Source: an uncultured Gemmatimonadales bacterium
Lineage (GTDB): Bacteria > Gemmatimonadota > Gemmatimonadetes > Gemmatimonadales > GWC2-71-9
Length of the DNA: 64,000 nt
Direction of reading: 5' to 3'
Assembly: GCA_963779755.1 (NCBI GenBank)
Contig: CAVZZO010000001.1
Span: 1,728,001 to 1,792,000 of the forward strand
The notes beneath the pieces are model-generated. The model searched no databases, was not told where the DNA came from, and saw only the letters and a program-made list of their open reading frames with translations. Below are positions 36,090 through 44,371 of this stretch, piece by piece; position 1 is the stretch's first letter, and every line of letters starts with the position of its first letter. A program made the position numbers and the translations under genes.

Positions 36090-37297
36090 CTGCGGTCGTT
36101 CCTTCCCCCCTTTCCCCGTTCCCGCGTCCCCGCCGTAATCGCGCGCTGCACCGCGTCAAACCCGTACTTCTCCCGCACCCGGTCCACCGCCCGGGTGAGC
36201 TCCCGGGCGCGGCGGCGCGCCTCCGGCTCGAAGAGGTCGGGCGGATCGGCCGGCTGCAGATTGGTGGCGCCGAGTCCGATCAGGCGGATGCCCTGGTCCC
36301 GCCGGCGCGCCTCGGCGAACGCGGGGCCGAAGAGCGCCCGTGCGGCACTCAGCAGTTCCGGATCGAGATCGGTGGCCGTCTCCAGGGTGCGGCTCCGGGT
36401 GATGGTGCGAAAGTCGCCGTGCCTGAGCTTCAGCGTGACGGTGCGGGCGGTCAGGCCTTCGCCCCGCAGTTGGGCGCCCACCCGGGCGGCGAAGAGGGCC
36501 AGGATCTTCTCCAGCCGGGCCGGATCGACGGCATCGCGCCCCAGGGTGGTCTCGCGGCTGATCGATTTGGGACTGGCGTGGGGGGTGAGGCGCGCGCTCG
36601 CCTGGCCGTGCGCCCGCCGCTTCAGGCCGGCGGCCTCGTCACCCAGCACCCGCCGCAGCTCCTCCAGGCTCATGCCCTGCACCTGCCAGACGCCGGTCAG
36701 GCCGCGGTCGGCCAGCCGCTGGGCGGAACGGGGGCCGATGCCGGGCAGCGCCCGCAGTTCCAGGCCGGCGAGGAATCCCTCCTCCCAGCCTGGCCGCACT
36801 TCGAGCAGCCCGCGCGGCTTGGCCGCGTCGGACGCGAGCTTGGCGACCATGCGATTGGGCCCGATCCCGATGCTGCAGTCGAGCCCGCTGGCGGCGTGGA
36901 CCGCGCGGCGCAGTTCTTCCGCCACCGGCAGCAGGGACACCGGGTACAGCAGTTCGGTGCCGGTGAAGTCGAGGTAGGCCTCGTCCAGGGAAGCCATGAC
37001 GACGGTGGGCGAGAATTGGCGCAGCACGCCCGCCACCTGGAGGGACGCGTCCCGGTAATCGGCGAAGGCGCCCTGGTGAAAGGTGGCTCCGGGGCAGAGA
37101 CGCGCCGCCTGCGCGATCGGCATGCCGGAGCGTACGCCATAGCGGCGGGCGCCATATGAGGCGGACTGCACCACGCCGCGCTGATCCCTCCGGCCGCCGA
37201 CCACGAGCAACTCGACCTCGCGCAGCCCGGGATTCCGTTGCCGGCATACCTCCACGAAGAAGGCATCCAGATCCACGTGCAGAATGCGTGGGGGCAT
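36083..37297 (-). CDS. dinB: DNA polymerase IV (Y family)
   Basis: HVDLDAFF, SASYGARRYGVRSGM, SLDEAYLD, AKLASDAAKPRG, KSISRETT, RLIGL. Confidence 0.95.
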   Translation of the reverse strand: MPPRILHVDLDAFFVEVCRQRNPGLREVELLVVGGRRDQRGVVQSASYGARRYGVRSGMPIAQAARLCPGATFHQGAFADYRDASLQVAGVLRQFSPTVVMASLDEAYLDFTGTELLYPVSLLPVAEELRRAVHAASGLDCSIGIGPNRMVAKLASDAAKPRGLLEVRPGWEEGFLAGLELRALPGIGPRSAQRLADRGLTGVWQVQGMSLEELRRVLGDEAAGLKRRAHGQASARLTPHASPKSISRETTLGRDAVDPARLEKILALFAARVGAQLRGEGLTARTVTLKLRHGDFRTITRSRTLETATDLDPELLSAARALFGPAFAEARRRDQGIRLIGLGATNLQPADPPDLFEPEARRRARELTRAVDRVREKYGFDAVQRAITAGTRERGKGGRNDRRT

Positions 37298-37327
37298 GAC
37301 CTCCCTGATTCCCGATTCCTGATTCCG

Positions 37328-38386
37328 TCAGACCAGATGTACCGCCATGGTCTTGAAGGTAGCGGTGACCTGGTCGCCCGGGGCGAGCCCCATTTCTCCG
37401 GCGGATTCGGTGGTGACGGCGGCCACCAGGGGCCGGCCTACGTCCAGATAGACGTAGGTCACCGGGCCGGCCCGTTCCAGCCGCTCGACCCTCCCGGCAA
37501 AGCGGTTGCGGGCCGAGCTGGGGGCGGGGGCACGACTCAGCATTATGTCCTCGGGCCGGATGATGGCGTGCATGGCTCCCGCCCGCTCGGCCACCACGTC
37601 GAATTCCAGGGGGCCGCTGCGGAAGCGGGCGGCGAAGGGCGGCGGGCCGCCGCTGGCCGGCGTGGCGGCGCCGGGCAGAATGTTGCCGATCCCGACGAAG
37701 CGGGCCACGAACGCGGAGGCGGGATATCGGAAGACCTGCTCGGGCGGCCCCTGCTGCACGATGCGCCCCTGGTGGAGGATCACCACCTGCTCGCCCAGGC
37801 GAAGGGCGTCCTCGAAATCGTGCGTGACCTGCAGGGTGGTGATGCCCTCACGCTCGTGCAGCTGGCGCAGGTCGCGGCGGAGCGCGTGGCGCATGGCGGG
37901 ATCGATCGCCGTAAAGGGCTCATCCAGCAGGAGAATCCCGGGCCGGCCCGCCAGGGCCCGCGCCAGGGCCACGCGCTGCCGCTCGCCCCCGGACAGGCGG
38001 GTGACAGCCCGCCCCAGCAGCGCTTCGATGCCCAGCATCGCGGCGAGCTCGCGGACTCTCGCCTCGCGCGGGCCGGCGCGGCCCCGGCCGGCGGGCAGCC
38101 CATAGCCGATGTTGTCCCGCACCGAGAGATGCGGGAAGAGATGGTGGGCCTGATACACCAGTCCCAGACCCCGCTCCTCCGGCGGCAGGAAGGTGGCATC
38201 GTGGCCCGAGAGGGTCACCCGGCCCTGCAGCGCCGGCACGTGACCCGCCAGCACGTCCAGCAGCGTGGTCTTGCCCGAGCCCGTCGGTCCCAGGATCATG
38301 GCATAGCCGCCCGCCGGCACCTCGAAGGAGATATTCTCGAGGGTGAAGGCGCCCACGCGCGCGGCGAGTCCCTCGACCCGGATCAT
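37328..38386 (-). CDS. Molybdate/tungstate ABC transporter ATPase with TOBE domain (ModC/WtpC-like)
   Basis: GPTGSGKT, LSGGERQRVALARAL, LLLDEP, SARNRF...TFK TOBE tail. Confidence 0.88.
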   Translation of the reverse strand: MIRVEGLAARVGAFTLENISFEVPAGGYAMILGPTGSGKTTLLDVLAGHVPALQGRVTLSGHDATFLPPEERGLGLVYQAHHLFPHLSVRDNIGYGLPAGRGRAGPREARVRELAAMLGIEALLGRAVTRLSGGERQRVALARALAGRPGILLLDEPFTAIDPAMRHALRRDLRQLHEREGITTLQVTHDFEDALRLGEQVVILHQGRIVQQGPPEQVFRYPASAFVARFVGIGNILPGAATPASGGPPPFAARFRSGPLEFDVVAERAGAMHAIIRPEDIMLSRAPAPSSARNRFAGRVERLERAGPVTYVYLDVGRPLVAAVTTESAGEMGLAPGDQVTATFKTMAVHLV

Positions 38387-39165
38387 TGCGGCGGTTCCGG
38401 GTGCAGGAGACGCAGGCCGGCGAACACCAGCAGTGCCAGGAGGAGCAGCAGGACGGCGGCGGGAACGGCGGCGGGCAGGCCGAAGGAGGTGAACCGGTCG
38501 AAGATCAGGACGCTCGCCACCTTGGGATTGTAGGTCAGGATGACGATCGCGCCGAACTCACTGATGCTGCGGGCCCAGGCCAGGATGGCGCCGGCCAGAA
38601 TCCCCCGGCCGGCCAGCGGCAGGGTCACCCGCCGGAAGGCCCGCCAGGGTGAGTCGCCCAGACTGCGAGCAACCTGTTCCAGCCGGGGATCCACCTGGCG
38701 GAACGCCTCCCGCGCGCCGCTCACCAGCAGCGGCGCCGAGACGAACAGCATGGCGGCGACGATCCCGGGGACGTGGCTCACGAACTCCAGGCCCAGCCGT
38801 CCCAGGACCGATCCCACCGGCGAGTGCCGGCCCAGGAAGAGCAGCAGCGCGATGCCGGCGACGGGGTGGGGCACAACCACGGGCAATTCCACCAGTCCCT
38901 GGATGAAGCGGGCGCCCGGCAGCCGCATCCGGGCCAGGCCGTAGGCCAGGGGGACTCCCAGCAGTATGGCGATGGCGGTGGCGCAGGTGGCGGTGGCGAT
39001 GGTCAGGACGATGGCAGCCTGAAGTTCGCTGTCCTGCAGCATGGCCACCCAGGCCCCGGGGCTGGCCGCCAGCAGCAGCCGCAGCAATGGTCCGACGATA
39101 AACAGGACCAGCAGGGCGCCGAGCGCCGCGGGAATCAACCGGCGCCGAGAGTATAGACGGAACAT
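38383..39165 (-). CDS. Molybdate/tungstate ABC permease (ModB/WtpB-like)
   Basis: LPVVVPHPVAGIALL, EQVARSLG (EAA), WARSISEFGA; overlaps the ATPase start. Start uncertain (39138, 39165 or 39180). Confidence 0.88.
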   Translation of the reverse strand: MFRLYSRRRLIPAALGALLVLFIVGPLLRLLLAASPGAWVAMLQDSELQAAIVLTIATATCATAIAILLGVPLAYGLARMRLPGARFIQGLVELPVVVPHPVAGIALLLFLGRHSPVGSVLGRLGLEFVSHVPGIVAAMLFVSAPLLVSGAREAFRQVDPRLEQVARSLGDSPWRAFRRVTLPLAGRGILAGAILAWARSISEFGAIVILTYNPKVASVLIFDRFTSFGLPAAVPAAVLLLLLALLVFAGLRLLHPEPPQ

Positions 39166-39184
39166 TCCGACCGTCCGCACCAGA

Positions 39185-39405
39185 GGGTGAGCGGCTCAGT
39201 GGTGACGCGGAATTACAGCAACGCCGTGAAGTATATCGGGGCCGATGGCGTGGTCACGACCGACGGCACCAGCCGCCGCGGCCGTGGGCCTCGATCGCAT
39301 CGATCAGGATAATCTCCTGCCGGCACCAGCCATACCTATCCCGCCGACGGTCACCGGCGGCGGTCTGAGCGATTCGCAGACCCGGACCGTCAACGTCACC
39401 TGCGG
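39185..39405 (+). pseudogene. Decayed PKD-domain gene fragments
   Basis: Fragments in different frames read SGSVVTRNYSNAVKY, SHTYPADG and TVTGGGLSDSQTRTVNVT, resembling PKD repeats. Confidence 0.4.
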
Positions 39406-39489
39406 CCCCACCCTCGGTTTCGCTTTTCGGGCCTCGCGGGCGGCCGCGCGCGGATTATCTTGCGCACCACGCCAGCGAAGGAGAACGAC

Positions 39490-40377
39490 ATGGACATCGG
39501 CTTTCTGGGCCTGGGCGCGATCGGCACGCCCATGGCGGCCCGTGTCGCCGCGCGGCACCGGCTCACCGTTTGGAACCGCACCGCCGGGCGGGCTCGCGAG
39601 TTCGCCGCCGCGCACGGCGCGCAGGCGGCGGCCACCCCGCGCGCCCTGGCCGACGCCGCCCAGGTGGTGATTACCTGCCTGCCGACTTCCCGTGAGGTGG
39701 AGGCCGTGCTGGACGGGGCCGACGGTCTGCTGGCCGGCTTGCGGCAGGGCGCCATGCTGCTCGACTGCACCTCGGGCGATCCCGCCACCTCGCGGCGCAT
39801 CGCGGCCCGGCTGGCGGAGCAGGGAGTGGCCTTCGCCGATGCTCCGGTAAGCGGCGGCACCGACGGCGCGGCCGCGGGAACGCTGACCGTCATGGTAGGG
39901 GGCGAGGCGGGGGTCTTCGCCCGCGCGCGTCCGGTGCTGGAGGCGTTCGGGAAGCGGATCGAGCACCTGGGGCCGGTCGGCACCGGCCACGCCATGAAGG
40001 CGGTCAACAACGCGCTGCTGGCGGTCAACATCCTCGCGGTGGGTGAAGGCGCGGCAGCTCTGGTGAAGGCGGGCATCGCTCCCGGGCGGATCTTCGACGT
40101 GCTGAATGCCTCCAGCGGGCGGTCGTTCGTCAGCGAACGTCTGGTGCCCGAGCGGGTGCTCACGGGCCACTTCCCCAACACCTTCCGGCTGGCCCTGCTG
40201 GCCAAGGATGCGGGGATTGCCCAGGAGGCGCTGGTGGAAAGCGGCGTCAACGGGCCCGTACTCGCCGCCGCGCTGGCCCGGCTGCGTGAAGCTCTGGCCC
40301 ACCTGGGCGAGGGGGCGGACTATCTCGAGGCCATCCGGTTCATCGAACGGGCGGCCGGGGTGGAGATCCGCGGGTGA
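39490..40377 (+). CDS. Beta-hydroxyacid dehydrogenase (3-hydroxyisobutyrate DH / 6PGD family)
   Basis: GFLGLGAIG, DAPVSGG, GTLTVMVGG, MKAVNN, FRLALLAKD; AAGGAG RBS. Confidence 0.92.
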   Translation: MDIGFLGLGAIGTPMAARVAARHRLTVWNRTAGRAREFAAAHGAQAAATPRALADAAQVVITCLPTSREVEAVLDGADGLLAGLRQGAMLLDCTSGDPATSRRIAARLAEQGVAFADAPVSGGTDGAAAGTLTVMVGGEAGVFARARPVLEAFGKRIEHLGPVGTGHAMKAVNNALLAVNILAVGEGAAALVKAGIAPGRIFDVLNASSGRSFVSERLVPERVLTGHFPNTFRLALLAKDAGIAQEALVESGVNGPVLAAALARLREALAHLGEGADYLEAIRFIERAAGVEIRG

Positions 40378-40835
40378 GCGACTGGGCTGCCACGCTGCGG
40401 ATGCCGGCCGAGATCCTGCTGAGCGAGCAGACCGTCCTGCGCGGAGAGCTCCACCTGCAGGCGCGCGTGGCGGTGCACGATGGCGCGGAGACGCCGCTGG
40501 AAATGCTGAACCGGCCCGACCCGTTCTTCCCGCTGAGCCTGCCGGAGGGGGGCGTCGTCTTCGTGGCCAAGGACCAGGTCGCCTGTGTGAACTGCCCGGC
40601 GGAGACGGCCCTGTCGGAGCCGGAACGCCTGGGCGCCGCCCGTGTAGTGCGGCTCGGGGTGGTCCTGGTGGGCGGCGTCGAATGGGCCGGGTGGGCGGCG
40701 CTGGAGCTGCCCCCCACCCACGCACGCGCGCTCGACTATCTCAACAGCTCAGGACCCTTCTTCACGCTGCGCAGCGACGACGCGACCCGCTATGTGCATC
40801 GGCGGCACGTCCGGCTGGCGCGGCCGCTCGACTGA
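40374..40835 (+). CDS. Conserved-looking hypothetical protein with two internal beta-rich repeats
   Basis: GTGA overlap with the upstream gene; duplicated pattern (EMLNRPDPFFPL / DYLNSSGPFFTL); directly upstream of pilT. Confidence 0.7.
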   Translation: MSDWAATLRMPAEILLSEQTVLRGELHLQARVAVHDGAETPLEMLNRPDPFFPLSLPEGGVVFVAKDQVACVNCPAETALSEPERLGAARVVRLGVVLVGGVEWAGWAALELPPTHARALDYLNSSGPFFTLRSDDATRYVHRRHVRLARPLD

Positions 40836-40846
40836 TCCGGGGGACG

Positions 40847-42253
40847 ATGGCAAGGCTCGACCGCTTCATTCAGCTGTTGTGGGATCAGGAGGGAGACGCG
40901 CTGGAACTGGTGCCGGGGCAGCCGGTCCGGCTGCGCCGCCAGCAGGCGATCCGGCCGGTGACCCGGGACCCACTCAGCGCCGCCCAGATCCTGGGGCTGG
41001 CGCGGGAGATCAGTCCGCCGGCTCAGTCGGCCCAGCTGGGCGGCGCCGCCCCGGTGGAGTTCCGCTACGACGCGGCGGCCGGCCCGGTCCGGGTGGAGGT
41101 GCACGGCGGCGCCGAGCCCCGCATGCTGCTCTCCCGTGACGCGAACGGCGCGGGCCGCTCGCCCGCGGAGACCGGCCGGATGGAAGGCCTGCTGCGCCAG
41201 CTCGCGGCCTCCGGGGCGTCGGACCTGCACCTGCGCACCGGAGAGCCGCCCATCCTGCGGCGGGACGGCGCGCTGGAGTGGCTGGAGCAGCCGCCGGTCG
41301 GAGCGGACGAGCTCCGGGCCATGTTGCGCACGGTCATGTCTCCGGCGGATTTCCGCCGGCTGGAGGAAACCGGCGACGCCGACTGGGCCTATGAGCTGCC
41401 GGAGACGGCCCGGTTCCGGGGTAACGCAGGGATGGACCGGCGCGGTCCCATGGCGGTGGTGCGAATCATCCCCACCGCCATCCGCTCCGCCGACGAGCTG
41501 GGACTGAGTCCGGAAGTCCAGCGTCTCTGCCGGCTGAGCAAGGGGCTGGTGCTGGTGACCGGCCCCACCGGGTCGGGCAAGTCCACCACGCTGGCCGCCA
41601 TGGTCGACCTGGTCAACCGCACCCGCCGGGATCATCTCATCACCATCGAAGACCCCATCGAGTTCGTACACCAGAGCAAACAATGCCTGGTGACGCAGCG
41701 GCAGGTGGGGCTGCATACCGGCTCGTTCAAGCAGGCGTTGCGGGCCGCCCTGCGGGAAGATCCGGATATCGTCCTGGTGGGTGAGATGCGCGACCTGGAA
41801 ACCGTCTCCATCGCCATCGAAACGGCCGAGACGGGCCACCTGGTGTTCGGCACGCTGCACACCACGACCGCCGCCTCCACCATCGATCGCGTCATCGATC
41901 AGTTCCCGCCCGACCGGCAGGGGCAGGTCCGGGTGATGCTGTCGGAGTCGCTGCGGGGGGTCGTTGCCCAGGTGCTCTGTCCCCGGAAGGGTGGGGGCCG
42001 GGTGGCGGCGCGCGAGGTGCTGCTCAGCACGCCCGCCATCTCCAATCTGATCCGGGAGGGAAAGACCTTCCAGATCCCGTCCATCATGCAGACCAGCCGC
42101 CGGGCCGGCATGGTGACGCTCAACGAGGCGTTGCTGGAGCTGGTGGAGCGGGGCGAGGTCGAGCCGCGCGAGGCGTATCTCAAGTCGGCCGAGAAGGCCG
42201 GGCTGCTGGCCGCGCTGAAGGCGAAAGGGCACGAGATCGAAGGAGAACCGTGA
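40847..42253 (+). CDS. pilT: Type IV pilus retraction ATPase with an extra N-terminal domain
   Basis: ASDLHL, GPTGSGKSTT, TIEDPIE, LREDPDIVLVGEMRD, TGHLVFGTLHT, AISNLIRE. ATG 40847 is the start. Confidence 0.9.
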   Translation: MARLDRFIQLLWDQEGDALELVPGQPVRLRRQQAIRPVTRDPLSAAQILGLAREISPPAQSAQLGGAAPVEFRYDAAAGPVRVEVHGGAEPRMLLSRDANGAGRSPAETGRMEGLLRQLAASGASDLHLRTGEPPILRRDGALEWLEQPPVGADELRAMLRTVMSPADFRRLEETGDADWAYELPETARFRGNAGMDRRGPMAVVRIIPTAIRSADELGLSPEVQRLCRLSKGLVLVTGPTGSGKSTTLAAMVDLVNRTRRDHLITIEDPIEFVHQSKQCLVTQRQVGLHTGSFKQALRAALREDPDIVLVGEMRDLETVSIAIETAETGHLVFGTLHTTTAASTIDRVIDQFPPDRQGQVRVMLSESLRGVVAQVLCPRKGGGRVAAREVLLSTPAISNLIREGKTFQIPSIMQTSRRAGMVTLNEALLELVERGEVEPREAYLKSAEKAGLLAALKAKGHEIEGEP

Positions 42254-43008
42254 GCGCCCCGCTGCTGGTTCTGGTCTCTCCCCAGGATATCGTCAACATC
42301 GCCGCCGCGGTGCGCATCGCGAAGAATTTCGGCCTGGCCGACATCCGCCTGGTGCAGCCGGAGGTGTTCGATCCCTGGCGCATCGAAGGCATTGCCCACA
42401 ATACGGCCGATCTGGTAGAACGGATCCGGCTGTTCGACAGCCTGGAGGAGGCCATCGCCGATTGCGTCTTCGTGGCGGGGCTGACCGCCCGGGGACGCGC
42501 CGCCAAGCGCACGGTGCTCCAGCCGCGCGAGGCGGCGTCGGCGCTGGCGGAGCGGTGGGACCGGGGTCCGGTGGCCCTGGTGGCGGGGCGGGAAGACCGG
42601 GGGCTCACCAACGACGAACTGGATCGCTGCCACGCGCTGGTCACCATTCCCACCTCGCCCGACTATCGCTCGCTCAACCTGGCCCAGGCGGTGGCGGTGA
42701 TGAGCTACGAGACTTGGCTGGCGCGCTCGGGCGAGCATCCCCGGCCCAAGGCGCCGCGCCGGCCGGCGGGCCCGGCCCACGCGGAACAGCTTGCCTGGCT
42801 GTTCCGCGACTGGGAACGCGCGCTCTGGGCCATCGAGTTCTTCAAGACCCGGCAACCGGAGCAGGTGCTGCGCGGCTGGCGGGAGATTCTCTATCGGGCG
42901 GACCTCGATGCCCGCGAGGCGGCACTGGTGCGCGCCATGGGAATCGAGGTCCGGCGCTACCTCGAGCGGCAGGGGCTGACACCGCCCGCGCCGCCCGCCG
43001 ATTCCTGA
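42250..43008 (+). CDS. trmJ: SPOUT RNA methyltransferase, TrmJ/LasT family
   Basis: VLVSPQDIVNIAAAVRIAKNFG, GREDRGLTNDEL, IPTSPDYRSLNLAQAV. Confidence 0.85.
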   Translation: MSAPLLVLVSPQDIVNIAAAVRIAKNFGLADIRLVQPEVFDPWRIEGIAHNTADLVERIRLFDSLEEAIADCVFVAGLTARGRAAKRTVLQPREAASALAERWDRGPVALVAGREDRGLTNDELDRCHALVTIPTSPDYRSLNLAQAVAVMSYETWLARSGEHPRPKAPRRPAGPAHAEQLAWLFRDWERALWAIEFFKTRQPEQVLRGWREILYRADLDAREAALVRAMGIEVRRYLERQGLTPPAPPADS

Positions 43009-43093
43009 CAGCATGCTCCCTACCATCGAGGGGAGAGGCGCATTAATTTCCGCGCGCTAGCCGCTGTCTGCTGCTCTCGATTGAGGTCTCCGA

Positions 43094-43585
43094 GTGGGGC
43101 GATCCCGGGCGTACTGGAAATCGAATCTCTATCGCGAAGCGGACCCGGCGCCCGATCCGGCAGCGCCATTGCGAGATCTCCCGCCCAATGCCGCGCATCG
43201 TTTTCGTCGGTTGCGCCAGGGGCTGTTGAGCCTGCCGGAAATTCGGGAGCGGGTGCGCTTCATGGGCGAACCCTGGCGCTGGGCCTGGGAGTACGGCCGC
43301 GGCCCGCGCAAGCTCTGCTGGTTGCACATCATGGAAACCGGAGTCGCAGGAACCTTCACCGTCTCGCAGGCGGAGGAAGCGCAGTTGCGCTCCGGCTCCA
43401 AACCGGCTGCCGTCGTGCTCCGCGCGCTGGACGCGGGGCAGGCGACCGGACCGGTCCGCTGGTGCTGGGTGGAGTTTCCCGACATCCGTTCCGTCGAGGG
43501 TTTTCTCGGCTTCGTCCGCAGGAAGGCCGTCTGGCTCGCCAGTGCCCGGCCGAACCAGGTGACAGGCAAATCTCGCGCAGGCTGA
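43094..43585 (+). CDS. Hypothetical protein (DUF3788-like)
   Basis: Aromatic pattern FMGEPWRWAWEY...KLCWL...WCWVEF...FVRRK; fills the gap between trmJ and the act operon. Confidence 0.6.
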   Translation: MGRSRAYWKSNLYREADPAPDPAAPLRDLPPNAAHRFRRLRQGLLSLPEIRERVRFMGEPWRWAWEYGRGPRKLCWLHIMETGVAGTFTVSQAEEAQLRSGSKPAAVVLRALDAGQATGPVRWCWVEFPDIRSVEGFLGFVRRKAVWLASARPNQVTGKSRAG

Positions 43586-43646
43586 GCCGTCCCGGGGGCT
43601 GATTCCCCCCCCGAGGCAACCCGGAGGTACGGCACGACTTGCATTC

Positions 43647-43664
43647 TTGTGATTGCTTTCACAA
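43647..43664. promoter_or_regulatory. Rex-like operator TTGTGATTGCTTTCACAA upstream of the act operon
   Basis: One mismatch to TTGTGAA-N4-TTCACAA; lies between a TTGCAT -35-like and a CAAACT -10-like hexamer. Confidence 0.7.
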
Positions 43665-43744
43665 ACTTCTGCCGCCCGGCCGGGGACATCCGGTCTGGCG
43701 GCCCGGCTGTGCACTCCCAACCTTCTGCCCGGTGACCCTCGCGT

Positions 43745-44338
43745 ATGCGTAAGGCAGTCTACGTCGGCGCTGGAACTGCAGTCCTGGCGCTGACCGGGGT
43801 GTTGTTGCTCCGGCAGGACACCAGCAAGGCGCAGACGCCGGCGCCGGCGCCCACCGCGCCGGCGGCGGCCGTGATCGCCGCCGGCGACACCGCCGGCCTG
43901 CCCGGCCCGCGCCAGCCGATCTTCTTCCGCCATGATGTTCACGCCGGGCAGTACCGGATCCAGTGCCAGTACTGCCACTACTCCGTGTCCCGCTCCAAGG
44001 AGCCGGGGATCCCCTCGATGGAAACCTGCTACGGCTGCCATCTGGTGATCGGCGGCACCGACAGCTCGTCCAAGGTAGAGATCGCCAAGGTGCGGAAGGC
44101 CTGGTCGGACAAGACGCCCATCCAGTGGGTGCGGGTGCATGCGCTGGCGCGCTTCGCCCACTTCCCGCACATGCTGCACATCAAGAAGCTGGGCCCCACC
44201 GCCTGCATGACCTGCCACGGCGAGGTCTACCGCATGCCGCAGGTCTACCGGGTGAACAACATCAGCAACATGGGGTTCTGCATCACCTGCCATATCCAGC
44301 GGGACGTGAACCGCGACTGTACCGCATGCCACTACTGA
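43745..44338 (+). CDS. actA: Alternative complex III pentaheme cytochrome c
   Basis: N-terminal TM; QPIFFRHDVH; five CxxCH motifs (CQYCH, CYGCH, CMTCH, CITCH, CTACH). Confidence 0.9.
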   Translation: MRKAVYVGAGTAVLALTGVLLLRQDTSKAQTPAPAPTAPAAAVIAAGDTAGLPGPRQPIFFRHDVHAGQYRIQCQYCHYSVSRSKEPGIPSMETCYGCHLVIGGTDSSSKVEIAKVRKAWSDKTPIQWVRVHALARFAHFPHMLHIKKLGPTACMTCHGEVYRMPQVYRVNNISNMGFCITCHIQRDVNRDCTACHY

Positions 44339-44371
44339 GCCGTTCTTCCCGCCGGCGCGCGAGGATTGCCG

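Noticed and set aside
40106..40846. 715-aa extended PilT (and extended starts at 35103, 47167, 57250, 57822, 58966, 27660)
   Set aside because: The extensions overlap other credible genes or lack homology-like content; downstream starts with an RBS or stop-start overlap fit better.
43630..43645. CGGCACGACTTGCA as a sigma54 promoter for act
   Set aside because: GG-to-GC spacing is 8 nt rather than the required 10.
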